From the IMG/VR virus record IMGVR_UViG_3300044630_005032, positions 1-63,813 of that record: a stretch of DNA of 63,813 nucleotides; one strand, given 5' to 3'. Source of the stretch: a virus (taxonomy: Duplodnaviria > Caudoviricetes). The position numbers and the translations under genes were made by a program. The notes below the pieces were generated by a model that worked only from the letters and a program-made list of their open reading frames with translations, had not been told where the DNA came from and searched no databases. How positions within the stretch are numbered: position 1 is the first letter of the stretch; every line of letters starts with the position of its first letter. Positions 1 to 9,391 of this stretch are shown here, one piece after another.

Positions 1-127
1 GGGGGCGGTGGGGGGCTGTGGAGGTTGTTGGCAATGGCAAAGAGCTTGCCAATATGTAACCCATCGTTCCATCTTTTAGTCAAAGGCACCTCCGCCTGAA
101 CTAGCGCCTCCCGCAGAAAAGCGGCAA
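1..127. repeat. Terminal overlap identical to 63687-63813 (and to internal 62891-63017)
   Basis: Direct sequence identity; 127 bp is a typical assembler k-mer overlap. Confidence 0.95.
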
Positions 128-251
128 AAGCGCGGCGAAAGTCGGCAGGCGAAGAAGGTAGGTCGTCGAGGCTTGTGAAAGTAAGAATTGCCGCATTAAA
201 TGCCGCCCTTGCTTCTGGTATCTCTACCGGGAATTCAACGTGCTTGCTCAC
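1..251 (-). CDS. Hypothetical protein spanning the circular junction (GTG at 251, continues 63686-63587); paralogue of 62791-63138 and 5435-5803
   Basis: Reads MSKHVEFPVE...FAAFLREALVQAEVPLTKRWNDG...ANNLHSPPPPPPT...LGEVDQ across the origin. Confidence 0.7.
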   Translation of the reverse strand, partial: MSKHVEFPVEIPEARAAFNAAILTFTSLDDLPSSPADFRRAFAAFLREALVQAEVPLTKRWNDGLHIGKLFAIANNLHSPPPP

Positions 252-436
252 GCCGGCACCCCCTGCTGCTGGGTGCGGACAACGTGAAGCGCGAAGTCAA
301 GAACATCATCAAACGGGTTGGCTTGACGCCAGGCGTCGTACTCGGCCCGCAGTTGTGCGCGGCTGCTGCGCTCAGCTGGGGTTAGCTCGGGGCCGTCGTC
401 GTGGGGCTCTAGCGAGAGGTGTCGCGCAAGGTCCAT
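248..436 (-). CDS. Hypothetical protein, paralogous to the C-terminus of 63135-63590
   Basis: Shared MDLARHLSLEPHDD...LTPAER.SRAQLR; stop overlaps the next start. Confidence 0.65.
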   Translation of the reverse strand: MDLARHLSLEPHDDGPELTPAERSSRAQLRAEYDAWRQANPFDDVLDFALHVVRTQQQGVPA

Positions 437-484
437 GGTGTTGCGGGTCGTTGGTGGTGGTGCGGCTGTTGCCGTTCCGCAACT

Positions 485-1126
485 CTAAGCCATTGCTTCC
501 GCTTTTGCAAAGCAGGTGCTGCGGTTTCGTAGCGCATCGAGCCAGACGACCGTTTCGAGCCCGGTGACCCAGGGCACGGTGCAGTCGTCCGGGTCGTGCT
601 CGGTGGTAGTGACGCCAAGGGGGCTGGCCCAGATCAGAAAGGGCCGATCGATCACGGTGCGGAGCTGATCGGAGCCCATCACCAGGGCCCCGCCAAGGGC
701 AGCAAGCCAGGGCTCGGGGATGGCTGGGGGCTGGGCCTCAGTGATCAGCAGGGCGATGCCGAGGGCGCCATCAGGGAACCTCAGCAGTAGATCGGCGGTG
801 GTGGCCACCCGGAGGCGGTGGTCAGCTAGGTGGATCGGCGCCGCAATGATCTGCGCCCTTTCCCATAGGCCCCAGGAGGCGAGGTGCGCGGTTGTGCGGC
901 CGATCGGGTCCTTCCCCCCGCTGAAGCGCTCTACACGCCCTCCTGCTGCTCGCTGGCGGGCCATGCGGGCAAAGCTGCGGCGAACGGTGCCGTTGGGCTG
1001 GCTAATGCGCTGCTCGGGGTAGAGGCTGGCGACCACCTCGGCCGCCGTGCGGCGGATCAAAGCGCCGCTCTGGTGTTCGTAGATGCCGGGGATCGGTGTG
1101 GGCTTGCAGGTGGGGGAAAACATCAC
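485..1126 (-). CDS. Hypothetical protein, possibly a degenerate PD-(D/E)XK exonuclease-like fold
   Basis: LADHRLRVATTADLLLRFPDG resembles the phage exonuclease core, but no D-x-K follows; coupled to the methylase stop. Confidence 0.45.
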   Translation of the reverse strand: MMFSPTCKPTPIPGIYEHQSGALIRRTAAEVVASLYPEQRISQPNGTVRRSFARMARQRAAGGRVERFSGGKDPIGRTTAHLASWGLWERAQIIAAPIHLADHRLRVATTADLLLRFPDGALGIALLITEAQPPAIPEPWLAALGGALVMGSDQLRTVIDRPFLIWASPLGVTTTEHDPDDCTVPWVTGLETVVWLDALRNRSTCFAKAEAMA

Positions 1127-2139
1127 TGGCCCCCCATAGAACCGGCCAGCTCCAGCACCCGCGCCAGCGGCACCATCGCCACCTGAGGCACCACGGCATT
1201 GCCCAGCGCCTTCAGGCGGTCCACCCTGGAGGGAACCCCATCATCTCCTCGACGAACGACGGGTTCAGATACATAGGCCCGCCAGTCGGGGTTGAGTCGT
1301 TGCGGAGCAGGTGGCCAGGCAGGCTGGCCCGCCCTCGCTGCGAGGGCGGCAAGGTGCTGTTCTTGCTGTCGTTCACCGTTGGCGTGGGAATCAGACGCGC
1401 TACGACCGTTTCCAGATTCGGGAACCGCGCTGGGTCCTGATTGCCTTCCGTGTCCAGCCGGGCGGCCATCGCCGAGCAGGTGCGCGGTGTTGGCAGCAAC
1501 TGCGCCGCAATCGTCAGCGGCATTCCCATCCCGTTGCCATTGTTGGCAGTCAGCTTCACCCGCTCCCGCCGCGCAAGCCACGTCTCCGGCCTCTCCCCAT
1601 CGTTCGCAACGCACGCCGCGGGCGTCGGCAGCCCCGGCGTCCCGTCCGGTCCGATAAGCAACGCACCACCACCGGTCGCGTCGGTGGCAGGCTCCCAGAG
1701 CGCTCGCCGGAATGCACGCCCATTCACAGTCGTACCCGATCGCGGCCAGTTCCCCGAGAACGGTATTGAGCCCGTTGGAAACAATGGCAGCGACGTTTTC
1801 CAGCACGACGTATCGGGGTCGAACCACGCGAACGACTCGCATGAGTTCGTAGAACAACCCCGAGCGGGTGCCTTCTTTGATGCCGGCTTGTTTGCCGGCA
1901 ACGCTGATGTCGGTGCAGGGAAATCCACCGCAAACAACGTCGGCTGAGCCTGCTGCCGCCTTGAAAGTGCGGATGTCATCGTGAATGGGAACGGAGGGCC
2001 AGTGTTTGGCAAGGATGCGTTGGCAGAACGGCTCACGCTCCACAAACTGCACGGTTTCAATTCCACCCAGCCAGCGAGCGGCGAGGCTGAAGCCGCCGAT
2101 GCCGCTGAAGGTGTCGATCATGCGAAGGGGTGTCATCAC
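1123..2139 (-). CDS. dcm: DNA cytosine-C5 methyltransferase (large subunit; lacks motif IX)
   Basis: Motif I FSGIGG, IV GGFPC, VI ENV, VIII HRRDR, X LGNAVVP. Confidence 0.92.
   Translation of the reverse strand: MMTPLRMIDTFSGIGGFSLAARWLGGIETVQFVEREPFCQRILAKHWPSVPIHDDIRTFKAAAGSADVVCGGFPCTDISVAGKQAGIKEGTRSGLFYELMRVVRVVRPRYVVLENVAAIVSNGLNTVLGELAAIGYDCEWACIPASALGACHRRDRWWCVAYRTGRDAGAADARGVRCERWGEAGDVACAAGAGEADCQQWQRDGNAADDCGAVAANTAHLLGDGRPAGHGRQSGPSAVPESGNGRSASDSHANGERQQEQHLAALAARAGQPAWPPAPQRLNPDWRAYVSEPVVRRGDDGVPSRVDRLKALGNAVVPQVAMVPLARVLELAGSMGGQ
1212..2066 (-). CDS. Nested alternative-frame methyltransferase small subunit carrying motif IX (start uncertain)
   Basis: 284-codon open frame wholly inside dcm, with LPTP repeats and a C-terminal LNPSFVEEMMGFPPGWT (motif IX-like). 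Confidence 0.65.
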   Translation of the reverse strand: MELKPCSLWSVSRSANASLPNTGPPFPFTMTSALSRRQQAQPTLFAVDFPAPTSALPANKPASKKAPARGCSTNSCESFAWFDPDTSCWKTSLPLFPTGSIPFSGNWPRSGTTVNGRAFRRALWEPATDATGGGALLIGPDGTPGLPTPAACVANDGERPETWLARRERVKLTANNGNGMGMPLTIAAQLLPTPRTCSAMAARLDTEGNQDPARFPNLETVVARLIPTPTVNDSKNSTLPPSQRGRASLPGHLLRNDSTPTGGPMYLNPSFVEEMMGFPPGWTA

Positions 2140-2891
2140 CGGAGCCCCCTGGCAACAGGCCCCACCAAGTCAGCCATCAGCCCCTCGGCGGAAGGCTTCG
2201 TAGCCTCGCCCTCTAGGGCTTCCTGCAACATCCGGTCCACGGTCTGGCCATTGCGCAAAACCCAGGCGGCAACGGTTTCGATTTTGGTTTCCGTCAGGAA
2301 CGGGGCGCCCATCAGCACCTGCTTGAAAAAAGAGCGACCCATGTTCAGTTGCAGAGGCGTCCAGGTGCCCGTGTCAACCCCAGCGTCTCGCAAATCCTTC
2401 ACAGCCTTCATCACCTCCCGCAGGTGGGCCCGCCGCTGCTCGTCGGTTTGCTGCAGCCACGGTGGGCCGTTACCACCGGCTCCCTCGGGAAGGCGCGGGG
2501 TCGTATCCAGCCTCACTTCATCCCGGACCGGTGCAGTGTCGTGGAAACAATCACGGCGGGCCATGCGTTGAGCTAAATCAAGTCGCAGCCCCCTGTCCAA
2601 CAAGGGCTGATCGGTAAAAGTCTCCAATCCACGCTGTTCTTTTGTTGTTCGCTTAACCGGATAAACGTAGCGAAGGAGCGCTATGTGAGGCGCAATGTCC
2701 CTCTGTGGCTCTGGGTCAAGCACCCGCTGCTGAACCGCGTACAGCAGGATTTCGTCAGAGAGGTCAATCTTCGCCCGCTCGGGGAAAGTGTCCCACATCA
2801 TCACCAGGGCCGCTGCCGATAACGGCTTCGCCATCGGCAGGATTTGCATCAGCGAGGTGATGGCTACCTGGAACTGCTGAAGGCTGATCAC
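2136..2891 (-). CDS. Hypothetical replication-associated protein (helicase loader/inhibitor-like position)
   Basis: Translationally coupled directly downstream of the initiator; helical N-terminus. Confidence 0.5.
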   Translation of the reverse strand: MISLQQFQVAITSLMQILPMAKPLSAAALVMMWDTFPERAKIDLSDEILLYAVQQRVLDPEPQRDIAPHIALLRYVYPVKRTTKEQRGLETFTDQPLLDRGLRLDLAQRMARRDCFHDTAPVRDEVRLDTTPRLPEGAGGNGPPWLQQTDEQRRAHLREVMKAVKDLRDAGVDTGTWTPLQLNMGRSFFKQVLMGAPFLTETKIETVAAWVLRNGQTVDRMLQEALEGEATKPSAEGLMADLVGPVARGLR

Positions 2892-3928
2892 GCAACCACC
2901 TCAGCGAGCAGGGTTTGCTGAGAGGCGGCAGCAGCGGCTGCCTTGCGGGCATCGCGGGCCTGGATGAACGCGACGGCAGCGGCGGCGTTTTCCTCAGGGG
3001 TTGGGCGGCGGTTGCAGGTGGTGCCCTGCTGCATCCCGAACTTCCGCCAGTTGCCGTAGCTGACCGACAGCCACGGCTTGATCGGGGCTCTGTCAATGCC
3101 GGTCTGAAGCTGGGTGCGGACCATCTCGGTTCCGCCTTGTGGATCCTGCTGGATCAGGCCGAGCTGTTTGATCAGATCATCCCAGGCTTGCTGGGTGCGG
3201 GCTCCGGCTTTCACGGCCCAGAAACCCAGAATCTCGGGATGGACGGGCAGTAGCTCGGCAGGGATCAGGTCGTGTGAGGGCTGGAAGCGCGGCTTCCGCG
3301 CTGGCTTGGTCAGGGCCATGGTCTGCGGTGGTGGTTCTGAAACTTTAGCCGATTTCGGGCTTTTGGAAAGCGCAGCATCAACGGGCAAGGCTTCGACCGT
3401 GATCAACTCGCCCTGCCCCTCGCCCGCGTTCCCCCCACTGGGGGGTAAGGGGGGTTCTAATGCTTTCTTAGAATTGATCTTCTTAGATTTATCTACTTCC
3501 TGTCCGTCTCCCGGACACTCCCTGTCCGTCTCCCGGACACTCCCTGTCCGTCTCCCGGACACTCCTTGTCCGTCTCCCGGACACTCCCTGTCCGTCTCCC
3601 GGACACTCTGGGCGGACTGTTCGGCCTCAACCTGCCAATGCGTTTCCCAGATCGTCAGCCGATAGCGCGTTGAAGTGCTCCGCCCGTTTTCAAGAAATGC
3701 CCGCTCACGCCTGACCCAGCCCTTACGCTCAAGGCCTGTGAGGACCAAGCAAAGCGTGCTCTTAGCCATCCCAGCTTCCTTGTGCAGCAGTTCCAGGCCT
3801 GGGTGAATGTTCGGGTAGTGACTTTGCAGGCACCACATGACCGCCAGCTCCAATGGAGTGGTCTTGCCTCTCAACCAGTTCGGCAAAGCCGTAAATGTGG
3901 GCTTCTGCCCGATGTACTCGGTTGCCAT
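2888..3928 (-). CDS. Phage replication initiator with N-terminal HTH and internal iterons
   Basis: FTALPNWL, PGLELLHKEAGMAKSTLCLVLTGLERKGWV winged HTH, STRYRL; iteron array mid-gene as in lambda O. Confidence 0.8.
   Translation of the reverse strand: MATEYIGQKPTFTALPNWLRGKTTPLELAVMWCLQSHYPNIHPGLELLHKEAGMAKSTLCLVLTGLERKGWVRRERAFLENGRSTSTRYRLTIWETHWQVEAEQSAQSVRETDRECPGDGQGVSGRRTGSVRETDRECPGDGQEVDKSKKINSKKALEPPLPPSGGNAGEGQGELITVEALPVDAALSKSPKSAKVSEPPPQTMALTKPARKPRFQPSHDLIPAELLPVHPEILGFWAVKAGARTQQAWDDLIKQLGLIQQDPQGGTEMVRTQLQTGIDRAPIKPWLSVSYGNWRKFGMQQGTTCNRRPTPEENAAAAVAFIQARDARKAAAAAASQQTLLAEVVA
3499..3608. repeat. Five tandem 22-bp iterons (CCTGTCCGTCTCCCGGACACTC), probable replication origin
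   Basis: 5 x 22 bp with one mismatch; each unit has the dyad TGTCCG-n5-CGGACA; adjacent AT-rich tract at 3460-3497. Confidence 0.85.
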
Positions 3929-3956
3929 GTAGAGTCTTTCCGTTGGTATTGATCTG

Positions 3957-3992
3957 AAAGCCTCCCGAGCTGGCCGCATGGGGGGCTTTTTT
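3957..3992. terminator. Hairpin with A/T tails upstream of the initiator
   Basis: AAAGCCTCCC...GGGGGGCTTTTTT. Confidence 0.4.
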
Positions 3993-4156
3993 GTGCCTGG
4001 CAGGACAAGCCCTCGCCATCACTGCCCCTCATCTTAAGCCAACTGCAACATGCCGCTCCAGTTTCGCAACTGCCATGGCCCATCTTGCCGCATGGTGCTG
4101 TAACGGGCGTGCAGCAGGCCGCAACCTATAAGCCGTTAAAGGCTTACGGTTGCCTT

Positions 4157-5005
4157 ATGAAAGTCACCACCGACCTTCGCCAGTCGCTCGATTGGCCCGA
4201 CCTGCCCCCGCCACCAACTCCGACCGTGCCCGACTCCCTGCCCCCAGGCCGCCAGCTTTCCTCCCGCCGTCACCTGATGGGCCGGCAGCACCTTTCGGCG
4301 GTTTTGAATTTCTGGATGGCCCGTACCGGCCTCTCCCATGAGCAGCTGGGCTCGATTGCCGACTGGGCCCTGAGCGAGAAGGGCTGGCTGTCGTCGCCGC
4401 AGCTCAGTCACCTGCGCAATGGGAGCGTCGTCAAGCCATCCCATCGGAACCTCGACGCCCTCGGCGGTGCCAATGAGGCGATCTGGCTATGGCAGAAGCG
4501 AGGCCCCGAGGTGTGCATGAGGCGCTACGGGCCGCACTCGGCTTACCGGATCGAAGACCAGTGGTTGAACAACGCAATCTGGCTCCATCACCCTCACCAC
4601 ACGGATGAAGCCCTCAACTACGCGGATTTCTGCGATCTGCAGGCGGGCTATCTGGTGCTGCCCTATCTGGGTGAGGTGAACCTGTCACCAAGCGAAGCCA
4701 AGGGCCTCAGCCAGGCCCTGGCCGATCTGTTTGACCGGCTTGCCCAGGAGCGAATGGGGGCAGGGCGATCGATGCGCGAGGCACTCGACGCCGTGTTGTG
4801 TGCCTACCCCTCCTCCGCCTCGCCTGATCGCCGCGATCACCTGCGATCAGTGATCCTCGGCACAGCCGACTACACCAAGACCGAGCTGGAGAAGGAACTG
4901 TTCATGCTGGCTGAGACGGTCAGGCAGCTTCGAGGGCTACCGGAAGGGGACTATGGACCTGCGGAGCTTCACGCAGAGTTGTCAGCATGCCGCCGCCGTG
5001 CCTGA
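4157..5005 (+). CDS. XRE-like HTH transcriptional regulator, putative repressor
   Basis: GLSHEQLGSIA...LSSPQLSHLRNGSVVKPSHRNLDAL; divergent from the replication operon. Confidence 0.6.
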   Translation: MKVTTDLRQSLDWPDLPPPPTPTVPDSLPPGRQLSSRRHLMGRQHLSAVLNFWMARTGLSHEQLGSIADWALSEKGWLSSPQLSHLRNGSVVKPSHRNLDALGGANEAIWLWQKRGPEVCMRRYGPHSAYRIEDQWLNNAIWLHHPHHTDEALNYADFCDLQAGYLVLPYLGEVNLSPSEAKGLSQALADLFDRLAQERMGAGRSMREALDAVLCAYPSSASPDRRDHLRSVILGTADYTKTELEKELFMLAETVRQLRGLPEGDYGPAELHAELSACRRRA

Positions 5006-5434
5006 CCACATGGAACAGGTAGGAGCCGTTTAGCCACACCTCAGCCTCGGTGATGGCTGTCTGCTCGCACAGAGCACGCCAAACGGCATCAGCCTGCTCC
5101 TGATTTGCTGCGTGGATGCGGATCGGGGGGGTTGACATGATGCGAAACGGCGTGATGAAAGTGCACTCCAGCCCCCCCCCCTCCCGCAAGCTTTTGCATC
5201 ATCCTGCTGCTTAAGTGCAGCGAGGATGCAGAGCTAGTCCTTTGCTCTCGCAAGTATGTTACGAAAGCCTAACGAATATGCAGCAAGTGCATAACGCAAT
5301 AGGAGTTGGTGAAGCGGCTGCCGTGGCAATCCTAGCCGTTGCGGTTCCCAAACGGCTTAGGGATGGCGTAGAATTGCAAAGCCAGGGGGCAGCCCCCGCG
5401 GCCAAGCTCTGGCAACACTACCGCCGATCTTCCT

Positions 5435-5803
5435 ATGGCACACGACGAATTTCCGCCGCTGACGGACCGGTCCCTAAGAATCCTGCAATCTGCAAACCTT
5501 GCTAACTGCCGTGACATTCCTGGCGGGGTTCGCCCTTTTGCCGCCGCCGTGATCCGTGAGGCGATAAATCAGGCTGCTCCGTTTCGCATAGGTTTCCACC
5601 TGGTCGTAGAAGTTGCGGACCTTTCACGCATCGCCGACAATCTCCACGCCTTGCCACCACCCCCGCCGACACGGGAGCAGATGGAGGAGGCGCTGCAACA
5701 CCTGATCGATATGTATGGCGCCAGGGTGGCCGGAGAATCGACTGATGAGCTCCTGCAAACCCTGCGGGCCGGCATCGCCCACCACTGCAAGGTGCAGCCA
5801 TGA
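5435..5803 (+). CDS. Hypothetical protein (HxEFP...NLH.PPPPPT family)
   Basis: Motifs shared with 62791-63138; ATGA overlap with the recombinase. Confidence 0.65.
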   Translation: MAHDEFPPLTDRSLRILQSANLANCRDIPGGVRPFAAAVIREAINQAAPFRIGFHLVVEVADLSRIADNLHALPPPPPTREQMEEALQHLIDMYGARVAGESTDELLQTLRAGIAHHCKVQP

Positions 5804-6747
5804 CCGAAGCCTCGGGGCACGCACCGCTCATCCCTCAACACGGGTTTTCACCCGAACAGATCACAGCCCTTTCTGGCCCCCTCGCCCGTGCTCACGTCAA
5901 GCAGCGCAAGCAAGGCGGCAGTAGCGTTAGCTACATTGAAGGTTGGGTAGCGATTGCCGAAGCTAATCGCATCTTTGGTTTTGATTGCTGGCAACGTGAA
6001 ACCATCCTGCTTAATTGTGCCAGCCAGTCAGAGCGTCTTATAGGAAGAGATCAAAAGCAAGGTTGGGGAGTCACCTACGTGGCTCGCGTTCGGATTACTG
6101 TCACAGCAGGTGATCGCCCTCCACTGATCCGAGAGGGAAGTGGCGCTGGCCACGGCATCGATGTTGACCTAGGGCAGGCGCATGAATCCGCCCTTAAGGA
6201 GGCCGAAACTGATGCCATGAAGCGGGCGCTGATGACCTTTGGGAACCCGTTTGGCCTTGCTCTATACGACAAGCAGCAACGGGAAGTAGAAGGAACCTCT
6301 GAGTCTGCTCGGAGCACCGAAAGGCCAGCATCGCAACAGGCTGCGGCAGGTTCACCAGTTTCCCGCCCATCAGCAGCAGCCCCTCCTGTTCGGCGTGGTT
6401 CTCCTGCTGGTCAGGCAGTTCCAGCCGGCCAGGCGAACACCAGGCCGCAACAGGCTGCCCAGCCGCAGCAGCAGGCCGCTAGCGGTGCCCAGCCCACTAC
6501 AGCTGCCATGGCCTACCTGCGCTGCCAGCAGGCGGGGCTAACCGAAGCCGGCATGCGTGCCATGGCCACTGAGATCAGCAAGGGGGCCACGGCCGCCGTT
6601 GCCGCCCTTTCCGAGGCGACTCAGCACAAGCTGGCAACCACAGGAGTTCCCGAGGAATGGGTCCAGAGGTACAACGCTGCCGGTGCTGCCCTGACCGACG
6701 ACGACCCCGATCTGCCGCGCACCTGGGATGCTCCCGCTGCCGCTTGA
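5800..6747 (+). CDS. Rad52/22-family (Sak-like) single-strand annealing protein
   Basis: YIEGWVAIAEANRIFGFDCW, HESALKEAETDAMKRALMTFGNPFGLALYD. Confidence 0.92.
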   Translation: MTEASGHAPLIPQHGFSPEQITALSGPLARAHVKQRKQGGSSVSYIEGWVAIAEANRIFGFDCWQRETILLNCASQSERLIGRDQKQGWGVTYVARVRITVTAGDRPPLIREGSGAGHGIDVDLGQAHESALKEAETDAMKRALMTFGNPFGLALYDKQQREVEGTSESARSTERPASQQAAAGSPVSRPSAAAPPVRRGSPAGQAVPAGQANTRPQQAAQPQQQAASGAQPTTAAMAYLRCQQAGLTEAGMRAMATEISKGATAAVAALSEATQHKLATTGVPEEWVQRYNAAGAALTDDDPDLPRTWDAPAAA

Positions 6748-6782
6748 TCAATCCTTTCCCGTTCACCTTTGCAACAAATCAC

Positions 6783-7166
6783 ATGGCAATGACCAAAAAA
6801 GAGCAAGCAGCAATGCAAGCCGCGATTGACCGCGCCGATACTCTTGCGGCTTTGCGGTGGACAAACCCGGTTGAGCGAGATGTAGACGTGCCTAAGGATG
6901 GCTACAGCGAAGGCTGGGATTACAACGCCTGGAATAAGAATGTGTTTATTGGTTGGAGCAGTCGTGTTTCACATGGAACTGGCGCTGCGCCTGATGCAGG
7001 AAAACACAAGACTGGAAGCCAAATGGCCCGACGCTATTACTCAACCGAAGCGCTGGCGCTGGCTGCGATGCGGCACGAAATTGAGCTAAAGGTAGCGGCT
7101 GATCTGCTCAAGATCGACCGACAGATTGCCGCTGCGTTGGACAAAAGCAGCTCCGAAACCGCCTGA
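6783..7166 (+). CDS. Hypothetical protein
   Basis: ORF fills the gap between recombinase and SSB. Confidence 0.6.
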   Translation: MAMTKKEQAAMQAAIDRADTLAALRWTNPVERDVDVPKDGYSEGWDYNAWNKNVFIGWSSRVSHGTGAAPDAGKHKTGSQMARRYYSTEALALAAMRHEIELKVAADLLKIDRQIAAALDKSSSETA

Positions 7167-7216
7167 TCATCGGCCCGCCGGGGCCAACCCGGCAACCTCC
7201 ACTAACCCAACATCCC

Positions 7217-7594
7217 ATGGCATCCCTCAACGTCTGCAGCTTCACTGGTCGCGCTGGTCGTGACACCGAACTGCGCTACCTTGACAATGGCAACTACGTC
7301 GCCAATCTCACCCTTGCGGTGGACGGCTGGAAACGCGATGCCGAGCCTTTGTGGCTCACCTTGAAGATCTGGGGCAAGACCGCCCAGGTTGCCGCCGACT
7401 ACGTGCGCAAGGGCAGCCAAATTGCCGTCAGCGGGCAACTGGAGAATGAAAGCTGGCACGACAAGGCAACAGGCGAGAAGCGGAGCAAGATGGTACTCAA
7501 CGTCAAGGAACTCACCCTGCTGGGCAGCAAGAAAGACAGCGACAATCAAGACGGCTGGGGTGGCCCCCCATCTGACGAGGAGGTGCCCTTTTGA
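7217..7594 (+). CDS. ssb: Single-stranded DNA-binding protein
   Basis: OB-fold GRAGRDTELRY, YVRKGSQIAVSGQL; acidic C-terminus EEVPF. Confidence 0.95.
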   Translation: MASLNVCSFTGRAGRDTELRYLDNGNYVANLTLAVDGWKRDAEPLWLTLKIWGKTAQVAADYVRKGSQIAVSGQLENESWHDKATGEKRSKMVLNVKELTLLGSKKDSDNQDGWGGPPSDEEVPF

Positions 7595-8025
7595 TGGCCT
7601 ACACCTTCCGAGTCGAGGGCATGGCGCCGGCACCGCAGGGGAGCAAGCGCCACCTTGGTAAGGGGGTGATGATTGAATCCTGCCGCAACGTCAAACCGTG
7701 GCGAGCTCTGGTCACCAGCGCCGCTATTGCCACCGGGCTCCCGATCATCCGGGGGCCCGTTTCTATGTCGGTGGTGTTCCTGTTCTTGCGGCCGAAGGGG
7801 CACTTCACGCCAAAAGGGGCGCTGCGCCCCTCAGCCCCCGAGCATCACGCGGTCAAGCCTGACGGGTCTAAGTTGCTTAGATCGACAGAGGATGCTCTCA
7901 CGGGCTCTCTGCTAGAGGATGACGCGAGGATCGTCTCCTGCACCTGGCAGAAGCGCTACTGCGTGGGGCCAGAGAAGCCGGGCGCATTGATCACCCTGAT
8001 CCCGCTCCAAAAGCAAAGCCCTTGA
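7591..8025 (+). CDS. rusA: RusA-family Holliday junction resolvase
   Basis: PAPQGSKR, KPDGSKLLRSTEDAL, DDARIV...KRY. Confidence 0.9.
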   Translation: MMAYTFRVEGMAPAPQGSKRHLGKGVMIESCRNVKPWRALVTSAAIATGLPIIRGPVSMSVVFLFLRPKGHFTPKGALRPSAPEHHAVKPDGSKLLRSTEDALTGSLLEDDARIVSCTWQKRYCVGPEKPGALITLIPLQKQSP

Positions 8026-8365
8026 CGATCACGCCAAGGGCTTCGCTCACCACCAGGCCGACCGGCCTGATGCAACAGGAACCACCCCGTTGCCTCTGAA
8101 TCATAACAGCAGCAAGGGCTGCGGGTTGCTGCGATTGCCTAAGCGTGTGGGAGTAGTTGGCGCTATGATGTGTGGGTCGGAGCGATCCGGCCCTCGGCCC
8201 TGAGATGAGAGCAAAGGCCATCCCCCCAGAGATGCAGTGCTGGGTTCTCCGCCCTGGGACAAGTGCAGAGGCCGTGACCGTGGGGGACCGTTACACCCCC
8301 GCAACCATTCCATCCAACCGGCGAGGCACTGTGAGGCCCCGGTTGGTTCTACCACCACCAAACCG

Positions 8366-8551
8366 ATGACCACCACCTGCCTCACAGCATGGGCCCTGGC
8401 CCTGCTGCTGCTCCCTGTTCTGCTGCTCACCTGGATCCTCGAAACCGACCGCGACCGGGCCCGCCGGTGGAGGCGTCAGGGACTCAGCCAAGCCCGCATC
8501 GCCGATCGGCTGGGGTGCTCCCGCTGGAAGGTGCGGCAGCTGTTGGCGTAA
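8366..8551 (+). CDS. Small membrane-anchored HTH protein
   Basis: Hydrophobic N-terminus followed by GLSQARIADRLGCSRWKVR. Confidence 0.6.
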   Translation: MTTTCLTAWALALLLLPVLLLTWILETDRDRARRWRRQGLSQARIADRLGCSRWKVRQLLA

Positions 8552-8552
8552 C

Positions 8553-8659
8553 GTGTGACGTTATGTGAACTGGCCAGCTTTGGCGCTGCTGACCGTAACG
8601 CTAAGCGCTACAGTATGTGCATCGGGGGCAAGAGCTTCCACCACCCACCGCCAGCCATG
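8553..8659 (+). promoter_or_regulatory. Repeated early promoter/leader cassette, copy 1
   Basis: TGTGA-n5-TGTGA, GTAACGCTAAGCGCTACAGT (-10-like), GGGGGCAAGAGC, CCAGCCATG; homologous to 9615-9720. Confidence 0.65.
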
Positions 8660-8947
8660 ATCTCCGCCCTCGCCCACGGATCCACCCACAACCGCCCTAC
8701 CGGTTACGAAGTAGCTGTCACCATCAATGGGGGCTTAGTTCTGGCCGGTTACACAGCTCGCAAGACCAAGGCAGCCCTGCTAGCTACCGCAATGGACAAC
8801 GACGCGGTGCGCCAGCAAATGATCAACTCGCTGCCCGCTGACGACGACAGCATCCCTTCCTACAGCCGCGCCTTTGGCTGGACCATGGGCAGATGCATTC
8901 GCATCCACTTCACCGGCGGCACCAGCCTTCACCCAATGGCCGCCTGA
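8657..8947 (+). CDS. Hypothetical protein
   Basis: ATG at the end of the promoter cassette; stop lies inside the boundary repeat. Confidence 0.6.
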   Translation: MISALAHGSTHNRPTGYEVAVTINGGLVLAGYTARKTKAALLATAMDNDAVRQQMINSLPADDDSIPSYSRAFGWTMGRCIRIHFTGGTSLHPMAA

Positions 8948-9003
8948 CCCCCCCCACGGCCCGCCGGAGCCTATCCGGCAACCACCCCACTGCATTGCCT
9001 TCA

Positions 9004-9186
9004 ATGACTGTCCCAACCGTTGACGACGTTTTGGCCCGCACGCACCTAGGCGGCCATTTCCACGAATGGGGCGCCGATGGCGGCGTGATCCGCGTCACCC
9101 GCGACGAGCTGCGTCCGGCCCTTGAGGCTGCTTACGACCCGAACATGCCCAACTGGCCCGCCATGGTGGAGATTGACGATGCCTGA
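9004..9186 (+). CDS. Hypothetical protein
   Basis: ORF after the boundary hairpin, overlapping the next start. Confidence 0.5.
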   Translation: MTVPTVDDVLARTHLGGHFHEWGADGGVIRVTRDELRPALEAAYDPNMPNWPAMVEIDDA

Positions 9187-9391
9187 CCCCACCATGCAAT
9201 CGCCCAAATGGATCCGCGATGCTCTCAAGCAGTATTTTCTTAATCGCCCAAACACATCAGTTGATACCGTTGATCTAATCGGGCATTTTCACGTTGCAAT
9301 AGTCCTTGATGCCGCAGAAGACCTCGTAAGAACTGGATGGCTAGTCAGAACCACTGGCTTGTACCCAAAGCTGCAGCAATTCCATGCCTGA
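9179..9391 (+). CDS. Hypothetical protein, possible winged helix
   Basis: Coupled ORF; begins MPDPT like the next ORF. Confidence 0.5.
   Translation: MPDPTMQSPKWIRDALKQYFLNRPNTSVDTVDLIGHFHVAIVLDAAEDLVRTGWLVRTTGLYPKLQQFHA

Noticed and set aside
1-127. Biological direct terminal repeat
   Set aside because: Length matches an assembler k-mer, it falls mid-gene, and it has an internal copy
3499-3608. CRISPR-like palindromic repeats
   Set aside because: No spacers; the repeats are contiguous and inside the initiator gene, so iterons
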